From Propionibacterium ruminifibrarum (GTDB lineage Bacteria; Actinomycetota; Actinomycetes; Propionibacteriales; Propionibacteriaceae), in assembly GCF_900289195.1 (NCBI RefSeq), contig NZ_OMOH01000012.1:1-32000 (forward strand): a DNA stretch of 32,000 bases, in the 5' to 3' direction. Every line of letters begins with the position of its first letter. Positions within the stretch are counted from its first letter, which is position 1. The notes under the pieces were generated by a model. That model did not search any database. It had not been told where the DNA came from and saw only the letters and a program-made list of their open reading frames with translations. The position numbers were made by a program, and so were the translations under genes. This document shows, piece by piece, positions 21,952-32,000 of this stretch.

Positions 21952-22653
21952 TCACTCGGCCAGGCCGTGCCGGAACGCCCAGGCCACGGCCTGCACGCGG
22001 TCGCGCAGGCCGAGCTTGGCCAGCAGGTTCGAGACGTGGGTCTTGACGGTCGCCTCCGAGACGAACAGCTCTGCGGCGATCTCGGCGTTGGACAGGCCCC
22101 TGGCGATGGCTCGCAGCACGTCGGTCTCGCGGTCGGTGAGTTCGGGGATGTGGGCCGGGCCCGCGGCGGCGCGCTGGAGCGGGGCCTGCGGCGCGGGCTC
22201 GCCCGGGGCGTCGGCCGGCGGCTGCGTCCTCGCGCCGGGCGCCGCCATGGCGCGGATGACGCGCAGCGTCACCTGGGGGCTGAGCAGTGCATCGCCCCGG
22301 GCGACGGCGCGGACGGCCGAGACCAGTTCGTCCGGGTCCGCGTTCTTCAGGATGAAACCCGAGGCGCCGGCCCCGAGGGCCTCGAAGACGTAGTCGTCGC
22401 GGTCGAAGGTGGTGACCATGATGACCTTGGCGAGGTGCTCGTCGACGATCACCCGGGTCGCCTCGATGCCGTCGACGCCGGGCATCTGCACGTCCATGAG
22501 GATGACGTCCGGGTGTTCGCTGCGGGCCAGCTCGATGGCCTGGGCGCCGTCGCAGGCCTGCCCGGCGACGGCGATGTCGTCCTCCAAGGACAGGATCATG
22601 TCGAAGCCGGTGCGCACCAGCTTCTGGTCGTCGGCGAGGAGGACGCGGATCAT
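21952..22653 (-). CDS. Two-component response regulator, NarL/LuxR family
   Basis: Receiver domain (MIRVLLADDQKLVR...ILMDVQMPGVDG) plus a C-terminal LuxR HTH (LTDRETDVLRAIARGLSNAEIAAELFVSEATVKTHVSNLLAKLGLRDR). It has an unusually long Pro/Ala-rich linker. Confidence 0.9.
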   Translation of the reverse strand: MIRVLLADDQKLVRTGFDMILSLEDDIAVAGQACDGAQAIELARSEHPDVILMDVQMPGVDGIEATRVIVDEHLAKVIMVTTFDRDDYVFEALGAGASGFILKNADPDELVSAVRAVARGDALLSPQVTLRVIRAMAAPGARTQPPADAPGEPAPQAPLQRAAAGPAHIPELTDRETDVLRAIARGLSNAEIAAELFVSEATVKTHVSNLLAKLGLRDRVQAVAWAFRHGLAE

Positions 22654-23960
22654 TGGGACTCCATGAGGGGTAGACGGACTCGCACGCGGTAGCCCCCGGT
22701 GGGGCGCGGGCCGATCTCGACCTCGCCGTGGTGGTGGGCGGCGCGTTCACGCATGCCCAACTGCCCCAGGCCAGTGCCGGACGTGCCGGGCACGGGGCGT
22801 CCCGCGTCGAGGATCTCGGTCTCGACGTAGTGTTCGGCGACACGGACGACCACCTGGGCGCTCCGGGCGGTGGAGTGGCGCCGGACGTTGGTCAGCGCCT
22901 CCTCGACGGTGCGGTAGATCGACAGTGCGACCGGCAGGGGCACCTGCGTGGCGGCCCCCGGGGTCGGCTCCAGCAGCTCGTAGTCGACCCGCAGGCCGTC
23001 CGCCCGGCCGGTGGTGAGCCCGGTGATCTGGGCGATGGTGGGGGAGGCCTGGCGGGAGTCGTCCTCGTGGCCGGCCGCGCCGCGCAGCGCGCCGAGCAGC
23101 CCGCGCATCTGCCCGATGGCCTCGCGGGAGGACTCCTCGACCATGCCCAGCGCCCGGGCGGCCTGGTCCGGTCTCCTGTCGAGGGCCCGCCTGGCCGCGG
23201 CGGCCTGCACGCCCGTCACGGAGACGTGGTGGGCGACGACGTCGTGCAGCTCGCGGGCGATGCGCAGGCGCTCCTCGATGATGGCCTGGTCGCGCAGCTG
23301 CTCGGACTGCCGGGCGAGCTGGGTGGCCTGGGCGGCCAGCTTCGCCTGCTGTCGCGCCCTGCGCCAGGCGCTCGTCCCGAAGACGAAGGCCGAGACGAAG
23401 AAGACGATGTTGATGAGATAGGCGTAGATGCCGTAGGAGACCGCCGGGCTGAGCAGCCCGCGGGCGGGGCCGTCCAGCGACGCGATGATGTGTTCGGTGC
23501 TGAGGCCTACCGCGAAGTCCCAGGTGAGCCAGAGCAGGTCGGCGAGCAGGATCCCCGTGACGGTCGCGGCCAGGGCGCGGCGGTTGCGGGCCCAGCAGGC
23601 CGCCGAGAAGACGGCCAGGAAGAGCAGAACCTGGCCGACCAGCTGGGCCGCCACCTCGTCGGCGGTCGACCGCGCCACGACGAAGGCGGCGAAGACCGCC
23701 ATGGCGCAGACGAGGGGGAGGCGCCGCCGCCACAGCAGGGGCAGCGCCAGCAGTACGATGAGGCCGTACTCGAGGGGCCGCGGCTCCATGGCCTCGGCCG
23801 GGTAGTAGCCGCGCAGCAGTTCCAGGTTGAGCGCCAGCGCGGCGGCCATGACCAGGGTGACGGCGACGTCGCGCCGGTCGACGTGCTGGACCGGCCGCTG
23901 CCAGTCGTCGTCGAGACCGAGCCACGCCCCGAAGCGCTCGGGCAACGACTGCTCGACCAT
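22650..23960 (-). CDS. Sensor histidine kinase, HisKA_3 (NarX/DesK/LiaS-like), with a multi-TM N-terminus
   Basis: H-box ERLRIARELHDVVAHHVS and an HATPase_c region (LTNVRRHS...GTGLGQLGMRERA). A 4-nt overlap with the RR gene indicates an operon. ATG 23960 is preceded by GGAGGAGAGGAG; the track start 24023 is over-extended. Confidence 0.85.
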   Translation of the reverse strand: MVEQSLPERFGAWLGLDDDWQRPVQHVDRRDVAVTLVMAAALALNLELLRGYYPAEAMEPRPLEYGLIVLLALPLLWRRRLPLVCAMAVFAAFVVARSTADEVAAQLVGQVLLFLAVFSAACWARNRRALAATVTGILLADLLWLTWDFAVGLSTEHIIASLDGPARGLLSPAVSYGIYAYLINIVFFVSAFVFGTSAWRRARQQAKLAAQATQLARQSEQLRDQAIIEERLRIARELHDVVAHHVSVTGVQAAAARRALDRRPDQAARALGMVEESSREAIGQMRGLLGALRGAAGHEDDSRQASPTIAQITGLTTGRADGLRVDYELLEPTPGAATQVPLPVALSIYRTVEEALTNVRRHSTARSAQVVVRVAEHYVETEILDAGRPVPGTSGTGLGQLGMRERAAHHHGEVEIGPRPTGGYRVRVRLPLMESQ

Positions 23961-24167
23961 GCGGTTCTCCTCTCCTCCGGCGAGCCTAGCGGCGCCGGTC
24001 ACCTGATGCGCCCGCCCGTCCACGACCAGTGCCTGCCGCGGTCACTGGCACGCCGGGACGGCCCCGCTCTCGGGCCGGACGGTCCACATCTCGTGCCGGT
24101 GCGGCTGAGGCCCTGACCGTCCCGCTCACGACCGGACCGTCGCGGGTTCCTCGGTAACCTGGCAGGC

Positions 24168-26108
24168 ATGGCCGATCCGTCCACCTACCGCCCCGCGCCG
24201 GGCCAGATCCCCACCAACCCGGGGGTCTACCGGTTCAGCGACGCGCACGGCCAGGTGATCTACGTCGGCAAGGCCAAGAACCTGCGCAACCGCCTGAACT
24301 CCTACTTCCAGGACGTCTCCGCGCTGCACCCGCGCACCCAGACGATGGTGCGCACGGCCAGCCGGGTCGAGTGGACGGTGGTGCAGAACGAACTGGAGTC
24401 CCTGCAGCTCGAGTACACCTGGATCAAGCACTACAGGCCGCGGTTCAACATCAAGTACCGCGACGACAAGACCTACCCCTGGCTGTGCGTCAGCTGGAGC
24501 GAGGAGTACCCGCGCGTCTTCGTCGGCCGGGGCGCAAAGCACAAGGGCTGGCGCTACTACGGCCCCTTCGGCAAGGCCTGGGCGATCCGTGAGACGGTCG
24601 ACATGCTGCTGCACGTCTTCCCGATGCGTTCGTGCACGAAGGGCGTCTTCAACTCGGCCCAGTCCAGCGGGCGGCCCTGCCTGCTCGGCTACATCGGCAA
24701 GTGCTCGGCGCCGTGCGTGGGCCGGGTGAGCGCCGACGAGCACCGCGAGATCGCCGCCGACTTCTGCGCCTTCATGGAGGGACACACCCGGCGCCTCGAG
24801 AAGAAGATGACCGAGCAGATGACCCGGGCCGCCGCCGAGGAGAACTTCGAGCGCGCCGCCGTGCTGCGCGACTCGCTCGCCGCGCTCGCCGAGGCGAGCG
24901 AACGCAACGCCATCGTGCTGCCCGAGGGAACCGACGCCGACGTCATCGCCCTGGCCCTCGACCCGCTCGAGGTCGCCGTCCAGGTCTTCCACGTGCGTGC
25001 CGGGCGGGTGCGCGGCGAACGCTCCTGGGTCGCCGACCGGGCCGACGACGCCGGCGAGGGCGAGCTGGTCGAGTCATTCCTGCTCAGCCTCTACGCCGAC
25101 TCGGCGGTGCCGCGCGAGGTGCTCGTCCCGGCCCTGCCGCCCGACGCCGAGGCCCTGACCGATCTGCTGAGCGCCCAGCGCGGCTCGGCCGTGCACCTGC
25201 ACGTCCCCCGGCGCGGCGACAAGCGCGTCCTCATGGACACGGTCGCGCAGAACGCCGCCCAGGCGCTGGCCCGGCACAAGACCAGGCGCTCGTCCGACCT
25301 GGAGACCCGCAACCGCGCGCTGGCCGAACTGGCCGAGCTGCTCGACCTGCCCGAGGCGCCGCTGCGCATCGAGGGCTACGACATCTCGCACCTGCAGGGC
25401 ACGCAGGTGGTCGGGTCGATGGTCGTGTTCGAGGACGGCATGGCCCGCAAGAGCGAGTACCGCCGTTTCGTCATCAAGAGCTTCGAGGGCTCGGACGACC
25501 TGCGTGCCATGGACGAGGTGCTCTCGCGCCGCTTCACCCGCCTGCTCAACGACCGCGCCGCGATGAAGGACGCGGGCCCCGGCGGCGGCCTCATCGACCC
25601 CGACACCGGGCGGCCGCTCAAGTTCGCCTACGCCCCCTCGCTCGTCGTCATCGACGGCGGCCCGCTGCAGGTCGAGGCGGCCCAGCACGCCATCGACGAG
25701 CTGGGCGTCGACGAGGTCCGGGTCATCGGCCTTGCCAAGCGCCTGGAGGAGGTCTGGCTGCCCGGCGAGGAGTACCCCCTGATCCTGCCGCGCAGCTCGG
25801 AGGGCCTGTACCTCCTGCAGCGCGTGCGTGACGAGTCGCACCGCTTCGCCATCACCCACCACCGCCAGCGCCGCTCCAAGGCGATGGTCGAGTCGGTGCT
25901 CGACCAGGTGCCGGGCCTGGGCCAGGTGCGCCGGGCAACGCTGCTCAAGCGCTACGGCTCGCTGAAGAAGCTGCGCGCCGCCACCGTCGAGGAGATCGCG
26001 GAGCTGCCCGGCATCGGTCCGGCGACCGCCGAGGCCATCGTGGCCCGCCTGGCGGCCGACGACACGGCCCCGGCCGTCAACATGTCGACCGGCGAGATCC
26101 TCGAGTAG
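24168..26108 (+). CDS. uvrC: Excinuclease ABC subunit C (UvrC)
   Basis: GIY-YIG N-terminus ([29 protein letters not shown]), a UVR domain ([15 protein letters not shown]), an endonuclease V-like domain, and a C-terminal HhH2 ([11 protein letters not shown]). Confidence 0.95.
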   Translation: MADPSTYRPAPGQIPTNPGVYRFSDAHGQVIYVGKAKNLRNRLNSYFQDVSALHPRTQTMVRTASRVEWTVVQNELESLQLEYTWIKHYRPRFNIKYRDDKTYPWLCVSWSEEYPRVFVGRGAKHKGWRYYGPFGKAWAIRETVDMLLHVFPMRSCTKGVFNSAQSSGRPCLLGYIGKCSAPCVGRVSADEHREIAADFCAFMEGHTRRLEKKMTEQMTRAAAEENFERAAVLRDSLAALAEASERNAIVLPEGTDADVIALALDPLEVAVQVFHVRAGRVRGERSWVADRADDAGEGELVESFLLSLYADSAVPREVLVPALPPDAEALTDLLSAQRGSAVHLHVPRRGDKRVLMDTVAQNAAQALARHKTRRSSDLETRNRALAELAELLDLPEAPLRIEGYDISHLQGTQVVGSMVVFEDGMARKSEYRRFVIKSFEGSDDLRAMDEVLSRRFTRLLNDRAAMKDAGPGGGLIDPDTGRPLKFAYAPSLVVIDGGPLQVEAAQHAIDELGVDEVRVIGLAKRLEEVWLPGEEYPLILPRSSEGLYLLQRVRDESHRFAITHHRQRRSKAMVESVLDQVPGLGQVRRATLLKRYGSLKKLRAATVEEIAELPGIGPATAEAIVARLAADDTAPAVNMSTGEILE

Positions 26109-26195
26109 GCGTCCCACCCGGGTGACCGCCGAGTGCCGTCCACGGCCGGGCGGGGCGCGCCGATGGCCGAGACGGCCTCTGGCCATAATGGAGCC

Positions 26196-27086
26196 GTGAG
26201 TGATCTGCCAGCACCCGCCCGCACCCTTCCCAAGGCACCGCGCACCGTCATCATCACCGGCATGTCCGGTGCCGGGCGGCGCACCTGCGCCCACGCCATG
26301 GAGGACCTCGGCTGGTTCGTCGTCGACAACCTTCCCCCGTCGATGCTCCCCGAACTCATCGGCACCGCCGACGACTCGGGCCTGGGCCGCCTCGCCGTCG
26401 GCCTCGACGTGCGCGGCCGTGAGATGTTCGACCAGCTGCCCGCCGTCTTCTCCCGGCTGCGCGAGCGGGGCATCTCGCCGGAGATCTGCTTCCTCGAGGC
26501 CAGCGACGAGGCCATCGTCCGCCGTCAGGAGTCCAGCCGCCGCCCGCTGCCGCTCCAGGGCGACGGCCGGCTGCTGGCCGGCATCGAGAAGGAACGCCGG
26601 ATGCTCTCGGACCTGCGTGCCAGCGCGGATCTGGTCATCGACACCTCCCGCCTCACCGTGCACCAGCTGGCCGCCCGCGTCGCCCACGCCTACGGCGGCG
26701 ACGAGGCCGGCACCCTGCGGGTGCAGGTCATGAGTTTCGGGTTCAAGAACGGTGTGCCACTGGACGCCGATTTCGTGTTCGACGTGCGTTTCCTGCCCAA
26801 CCCGCACTGGGTTCCCGAGCTGCGCCCGCAGACCGGCCTGTCCGAGGCGGTCAGCGGCTACGTGCTGGCCCAGGAGGGCGCGAACGAGTTCCTCGACGAC
26901 CTGCAGGGCATGTTCCGCATCGTCGCCCCCGGCTACCTGCGTGAGGGCAAACGGCAGGTCACCGTCGCCATCGGGTGCACCGGGGGCAAGCATCGTTCAA
27001 CGGCCATGACCGAGGCGACCGCCAGCCGGTTGCGCGAGGAGGGGATGCAGGTGAGCGTCCTGCACCGCGATCTCGGTCTCGAATGA
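26196..27086 (+). CDS. rapZ: RapZ/YvcJ-family nucleotide-binding protein (RNase adapter-like)
   Basis: Contains VIITGMSGAGRRTCAHAMEDLGWFVVDNLPP and a C-terminal GCTGGKHRS motif. The start is uncertain. GTG 26196 lies 6 nt after a -10-like CATAAT, and from it the length of the N-terminal region before the P-loop resembles that of Mtb Rv1421 as I recall it. Alternatives are ATG 26163 or GTG 26133. Confidence 0.88.
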   Translation: MSDLPAPARTLPKAPRTVIITGMSGAGRRTCAHAMEDLGWFVVDNLPPSMLPELIGTADDSGLGRLAVGLDVRGREMFDQLPAVFSRLRERGISPEICFLEASDEAIVRRQESSRRPLPLQGDGRLLAGIEKERRMLSDLRASADLVIDTSRLTVHQLAARVAHAYGGDEAGTLRVQVMSFGFKNGVPLDADFVFDVRFLPNPHWVPELRPQTGLSEAVSGYVLAQEGANEFLDDLQGMFRIVAPGYLREGKRQVTVAIGCTGGKHRSTAMTEATASRLREEGMQVSVLHRDLGLE

Positions 27087-27096
27087 GGAGGACGTG

Positions 27097-28071
27097 ATGA
27101 GTGACCCAGGCGATCTGCCCAAGGTTGTCGCCCTCGGGGGAGGGCACGGCCTCTCCTCGTCGCTGGCCGCCCTGCGAAAGGTGACCGACAACCTCACCGC
27201 CGTTGTCACGGTCGCCGACGACGGCGGCTCGTCGGGGCGGCTGCGGTCCGAGCTCGGCGGCCTGCCGCCGGGCGACCTGCGGATGGCTCTCGCCGCCCTG
27301 TGCGGCGACGACCACAACGGACGGCGCTGGGCCACCGTGCTGCAGCAGCGCTACCGCTCCGAGGGCCCCCTCAACGGGCACGCCATCGGCAATCTGCTCA
27401 TCGAGGGCGTCTGGCAGACGATCGGCGACCCGGTCGCCGGCCTCGACATGGTCGCCGAACTGGTCGACGCCCGGGGGCGGGTGCTGCCCGCCTCGACGAT
27501 CCCGCTCGACATCGAGGCGGACGTGCTCGGTCTCGACCTCGAGTTCCCCGCGGAGGTCCAGGTCGTGCACGGCCAGCACGAGGTCGCCGTGACGCGCGGC
27601 CTGGTGCAGGCGATCCGTCTGCTGCCCGACGACCCGCCGGCCTGCCCGCAGGCGCTGGCGGCCATCGCCGAGGCCGACTACATCGTGCTCGGTCCCGGCT
27701 CCTGGTTCACCTCCGTGCTGCCGCACCTGATGATCCCGGAACTGGCCAGGGCGATCATCGAGGCCAAGGCGCACAAGGTACTCACCCTGAACGTCACGGC
27801 CGGCTCCGAGACCGCCGGCTTCTCACCGACCCGCCACATGGAGCTGCTCGGCGAACACGCCCCCGGCCTGCGCCTGGACACCGTCATCGCCGACGAGACC
27901 TTCACCCGCGAGGACGAGACCCTCGAGGGCGCCTGCGCCGGCTTCGGGGCGCGCCTGGTCGTCGACGACGTCGCCATGCACGACAACACGGCGCGTCACG
28001 ACCGCCTGCGCCTGGCCGCCGTCTACAGCGAGATCATGCTCGGCCTGCGCCACGGGCGGCCGGACGTTTGA
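27097..28071 (+). CDS. yvcK: YvcK/CuvA-family gluconeogenesis factor (UPF0052, CofD-like fold)
   Basis: Contains VVALGGGHGLSSSLAALR...TAVVTVADDGGSSGRLR and GPGSWFTSVLP. GGAGGA lies just upstream of the ATG. It occupies the conserved position between rapZ and whiA. Confidence 0.9.
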   Translation: MSDPGDLPKVVALGGGHGLSSSLAALRKVTDNLTAVVTVADDGGSSGRLRSELGGLPPGDLRMALAALCGDDHNGRRWATVLQQRYRSEGPLNGHAIGNLLIEGVWQTIGDPVAGLDMVAELVDARGRVLPASTIPLDIEADVLGLDLEFPAEVQVVHGQHEVAVTRGLVQAIRLLPDDPPACPQALAAIAEADYIVLGPGSWFTSVLPHLMIPELARAIIEAKAHKVLTLNVTAGSETAGFSPTRHMELLGEHAPGLRLDTVIADETFTREDETLEGACAGFGARLVVDDVAMHDNTARHDRLRLAAVYSEIMLGLRHGRPDV

Positions 28072-28122
28072 GCCCGGCTGCGTAGTCTGGTGGGGGTTGA
28101 CGCCGAACAGGGGAGCGAGCAG

Positions 28123-29109
28123 ATGGCACTGACACAGCAGGTGAAGTCCGAGCTGGCCACGGTCGCCGTGCTCAAACCGGAGTCACGCCGGGCCGAGATC
28201 GCCTCGATGCTGCGTTTCGCCGGGGGCATCCACCTGGTCAGCGGCCACATCGTCATCGAGAGCGAGTTCGACACGGGCAGCGCGGCCCGCAGGCTGCGCG
28301 CCGGCGTCCGCGACCTGTACGACTTCGACTGCGACATCATCGTGGTGAACTCCTCGGGCATGCGTCGCGGCACCCGCTACGTCGTCCGGCAGGTGCGGCA
28401 CGGTGAGGACCTGGCCCGGCTGACCGGTCTCATCGGTGCCCGCCGACGGCCTGTGCGAGGTCTGCCCGCCCAGATCGTCGGCGGCTCCCTCGAGGATCAG
28501 GTGGCCGCCTGGCGGGGCGCCTTCCTGGCCCGCGGCACGCTCACCGAGCCGGGCCGTTCGATGGCTCTCGAGATCACCTGCCCCAGTTCCGAGTCCGCGC
28601 TGGCCCTGGTCGGCGCCGCCCGCCGTCTCGGCATCAGCGCCAAGTCACGGGAGGTGCGCCAGAGCGACCGTGTCGTCGTTCGCGACGGCGACGCCATCTC
28701 CTCGTTGCTCACCCGCATGGGCGCCCACGAGTCCGTGCTCGCCTGGGAGGAGCGACGCATGCGCCGCGAGGTGCGCGCCAGCGCCAATCGCCTCGCCAAC
28801 TTCGACGACGCGAACCTGCGCCGTTCGGCGCGCGCCGCCGTCACCGCCAGCGCGCGTGTCGAGCGCGCCCTGGAGATCCTCGGCGAGGACATCCCCGACC
28901 ATCTTCGCTCGGCCGGCGAGCTGCGCCTGGCCCATCGTGACGCGTCCCTGGAGGAACTCGGCCAGCTGCACGTCCCACCGCTGACGAAGGACGCGGTGGC
29001 CGGCCGGATCAGGCGCCTGCTCGCCCTGGCCGACAAGACGGCGAACGAGTGCGGCATCCCCACCACGACGGCGGCCCTGACCCCCGAGATGCTCGCCGGC
29101 GACGCATGA
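28123..29109 (+). CDS. whiA: Sporulation/cell-division transcription regulator WhiA
   Basis: [14 protein letters not shown]...[18 protein letters not shown] matches the canonical WhiA N-terminus, with a C-terminal HTH. GGGGAG lies 7 nt before ATG 28123; the track start 28090 is over-extended. Confidence 0.92.
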   Translation: MALTQQVKSELATVAVLKPESRRAEIASMLRFAGGIHLVSGHIVIESEFDTGSAARRLRAGVRDLYDFDCDIIVVNSSGMRRGTRYVVRQVRHGEDLARLTGLIGARRRPVRGLPAQIVGGSLEDQVAAWRGAFLARGTLTEPGRSMALEITCPSSESALALVGAARRLGISAKSREVRQSDRVVVRDGDAISSLLTRMGAHESVLAWEERRMRREVRASANRLANFDDANLRRSARAAVTASARVERALEILGEDIPDHLRSAGELRLAHRDASLEELGQLHVPPLTKDAVAGRIRRLLALADKTANECGIPTTTAALTPEMLAGDA

Positions 29110-29239
29110 TCCTCGCAGACCGGCCCGGGCGCCCGGGTCGGTTCGGGGCTCGGCGCGGCCAGGGGGCCACGGTGCGGTGCGCGCCGGGTGGCCCGCAGGC
29201 CAATCCTGGTGTCCCGCCGAATCCCAGGGACTGAACCCA

Positions 29240-30348
<1,109 letters not shown>

Positions 30349-30373
30349 GCATCCCGAGCACACACATCGTGAA

Positions 30374-30411
30374 GAACAGGGCGCGTCGGCTCAGGCTGAC
30401 GCGCCCTGTTC
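30374..30411 (+). other. Perfect 14-bp stem / 10-nt loop hairpin in the gap-pgk intergenic region (no U-tract)
   Basis: gaacagggcgcgtc-ggctcaggct-gacgcgccctgttc, read directly. It lies 26 nt after the gap stop and 32 nt before the pgk start. Confidence 0.5.
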
Positions 30412-30442
30412 GCCCATGAACGACCAATCCAGGAGTTGCCCA

Positions 30443-31654
30443 GTGAAGACTGTCTCCCAGCTCGGCGATCTGCGCGGCAAGCGCGTCGTGATCCGCTGTG
30501 ACTTCAACGTGCCGCTGAACGGCACCACCATCACCGACGACGGCCGTATCCGTGCCGCCCTGCCCACCCTGAAGGCCCTCCTCGGCGCCGGTGCCAGAGT
30601 CACCGCGCTCGCCCACCTGGGCCGCCCCAAGGGTGAGGTCAATCCCAAGTTCTCCCTCGCCCCCGTCGCCGCCCGCCTCGGTGAACTGCTCGGCCAGGAC
30701 GTGAAGTTCGCCACGGACACGGTCGGCGAATCTGCCCAGGCGACCAGTGCCGCCCTGACCGACGGCCAGATCGCGCTCGTCGAAAACGTCCGCTTCGAGC
30801 CCGGCGAGACCAGCAAGGTCGACGCCGAGCGCGAGGCCCTGGCCGCCAAGTACGCCCAGCTCGGGGAGATCTTCGTCTCCGACGGCTTCGGTGTCGTCCA
30901 CCGCAAGCAGGCCAGTGTGTACGACCTGGCCAAGTTGCTGCCGAACGCCGCGGGCGAGCTCGTCGCCAAGGAGGTCGAGGTCCTGTCGAGGCTCACCACC
31001 GATCCCGAGCGGCCCTATGTCGTCGTCCTCGGCGGCGCGAAGGTCGCCGACAAGCTGGCCGTCATCGACAACCTGCTCTCGGTCGCCGACACGCTCGTCA
31101 TCGTCGGCGGCATGGCCTACACCTTCCTCAAGGCGCAGGGGCATGAGGTCGGCAATTCGATCCTCGACGAGTCCAAGGTCGAGACCTGCCGCGAATACCT
31201 GGCCCGCGCCGAGGCCACCGGGAAGAAGATCCTGCTGCCCACCGACGTCGTGACGGCCGCCGGCATGGACTTCGACGCCCGCAAGGCCCTCGGCGAGGTC
31301 ACGGTCGTCCCCGCCGACGCCATCGGACCCCAGCGCGAGGGCCTCGACGTCGGCCCCGAGACGGTCCAGGCCATCGCCGCGGAGATCGCGGGCGCCAGGA
31401 CCGTCTTCTGGAACGGCCCCGCCGGCGTCTCCGAGATCGCCGACTTCGCCGAGGGGACCAAGGGGATCGCCGAGGCCCTGGCCTCCAGCGACGCCTTCTC
31501 CGTCATCGGCGGCGGTGACTCCGCCGCCGCAGTGCGCACCTTCGGTTACTCAGACGATCAATTCGGCTGGATCTCCACCGGTGGCGGCGCCTCGCTCGAG
31601 TACCTCGAAGGCAAGGAACTGCCGGGCCTGGCAGTTCTGGAAGGGAATGACTGA
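30443..31654 (+). CDS. pgk: Phosphoglycerate kinase
   Basis: Contains [22 protein letters not shown] and [14 protein letters not shown] lies 7 nt upstream of GTG 30443; the track start 30416 is over-extended. Confidence 0.95.
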   Translation: MKTVSQLGDLRGKRVVIRCDFNVPLNGTTITDDGRIRAALPTLKALLGAGARVTALAHLGRPKGEVNPKFSLAPVAARLGELLGQDVKFATDTVGESAQATSAALTDGQIALVENVRFEPGETSKVDAEREALAAKYAQLGEIFVSDGFGVVHRKQASVYDLAKLLPNAAGELVAKEVEVLSRLTTDPERPYVVVLGGAKVADKLAVIDNLLSVADTLVIVGGMAYTFLKAQGHEVGNSILDESKVETCREYLARAEATGKKILLPTDVVTAAGMDFDARKALGEVTVVPADAIGPQREGLDVGPETVQAIAAEIAGARTVFWNGPAGVSEIADFAEGTKGIAEALASSDAFSVIGGGDSAAAVRTFGYSDDQFGWISTGGGASLEYLEGKELPGLAVLEGND

Positions 31655-31658
31655 CATC

Positions 31659-32000
31659 ATGGCACGCAAGCCGATCATGGCCGGTAACTGGAAGATGAAC
31701 ATGAACCACGTCGACGCCGTCGGCCTGGTCCAGAAACTGGCCTTCACGCTCCAGGACAAGGGCTACGACCCGGACGCCTCCGAATGCGTCGTCATCCCCC
31801 CGTTCACCGACATCCGCACCGTTCAGACCCTCGTCGAGGGCGACAAGCTCCCGATCGTCTACGGCGCCCAGGACGTCTCGGAACACGATGATGGCGCCTA
31901 CACCGGCGACATCAGCGCCGACATGCTCGCCAAGCTCGGCTGCACCTATGTGGTCATCGGGCATTCCGAGCGCCGCCAGTACCACGGCGAGACGGACGAG
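31659..32000 (+). CDS. tpiA: Triosephosphate isomerase (5' part; the gene runs off the window)
   Basis: From ATG 31659: [17 protein letters not shown]...[33 protein letters not shown], including the catalytic NWK and GHSERR motifs. There is no stop in-window, so it is missing from the ORF track. Confidence 0.93.
   Translation, partial: MARKPIMAGNWKMNMNHVDAVGLVQKLAFTLQDKGYDPDASECVVIPPFTDIRTVQTLVEGDKLPIVYGAQDVSEHDDGAYTGDISADMLAKLGCTYVVIGHSERRQYHGETDE

Noticed and set aside
24132-24160. Possible PafBC-type motif upstream of uvrC
   Set aside because: The core matches only as CGTCG with a 9-nt rather than 8-nt spacer, and cgg replaces gtg. This is too degenerate to call. Only the -10/leaderless geometry is kept, as a low-interest note.
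25074-26993. 639-aa ORF antisense to uvrC and rapZ
   Set aside because: It spans two well-supported + strand genes and their intergenic gap. The sequence is low-complexity, and it is a high-GC artefact.
29119-29145. GC palindrome cccgggcgcccggg after whiA as a terminator
   Set aside because: The loop is too small (2 nt) and the flanks pair imperfectly. It may contribute to termination, but it cannot be distinguished from chance GC-rich self-complementarity.

Overview
High-GC (about 70%) chromosomal segment, by gene content and order from an actinobacterium (possibly Propionibacteriales; this is a guess). The backbone is the conserved actinobacterial block uvrB ... uvrA ... uvrC-rapZ-yvcK-whiA-gap-pgk-tpiA, all on the + strand. 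As I recall, Streptomyces coelicolor has the same order around SCO1966-SCO1945. Accessory or variable material sits between these anchors. (i) At the left edge: the 3' end of an IS481/IS3-type transposase gene, a small and possibly truncated membrane ORF, a 905-aa DUF4132 protein and a 221-aa hypothetical protein. (ii) Between uvrB and uvrA: a TerC-family gene behind a probable Mn2+ (yybP-ykoY) riboswitch, a mazEF-like toxin-antitoxin pair, and a translationally coupled MBL-hydrolase/mycothiol-dependent DinB-like pair. (iii) Between uvrA and uvrC: a GNAT acetyltransferase, an LpqY-SugABC-like sugar importer, two ABC-2 exporter pairs (NatAB-like and DrrAB-like) and a HisKA_3/LuxR two-component system. 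I saw no rRNA, tRNA or CRISPR array. Many ORF-track entries are antisense or out-of-frame artefacts of the high GC content, and several real genes are over-extended at the N-terminus in the track; I give corrected starts. The main non-coding observations are: RecA-independent (PafBC-type) DNA-damage promoter motifs upstream of uvrB and uvrA, spaced so that both mRNAs would be leaderless; the riboswitch; a palindromic operator at mazE; and long perfect hairpins. The best candidate for an uncharacterised system is the IS-adjacent DUF4132 gene plus its hypothetical neighbour next to uvrB, but the sequence alone gives no mechanism, so I rate it as moderate. All calls rest on reading the translations, motifs and synteny from memory. 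No database search was run.
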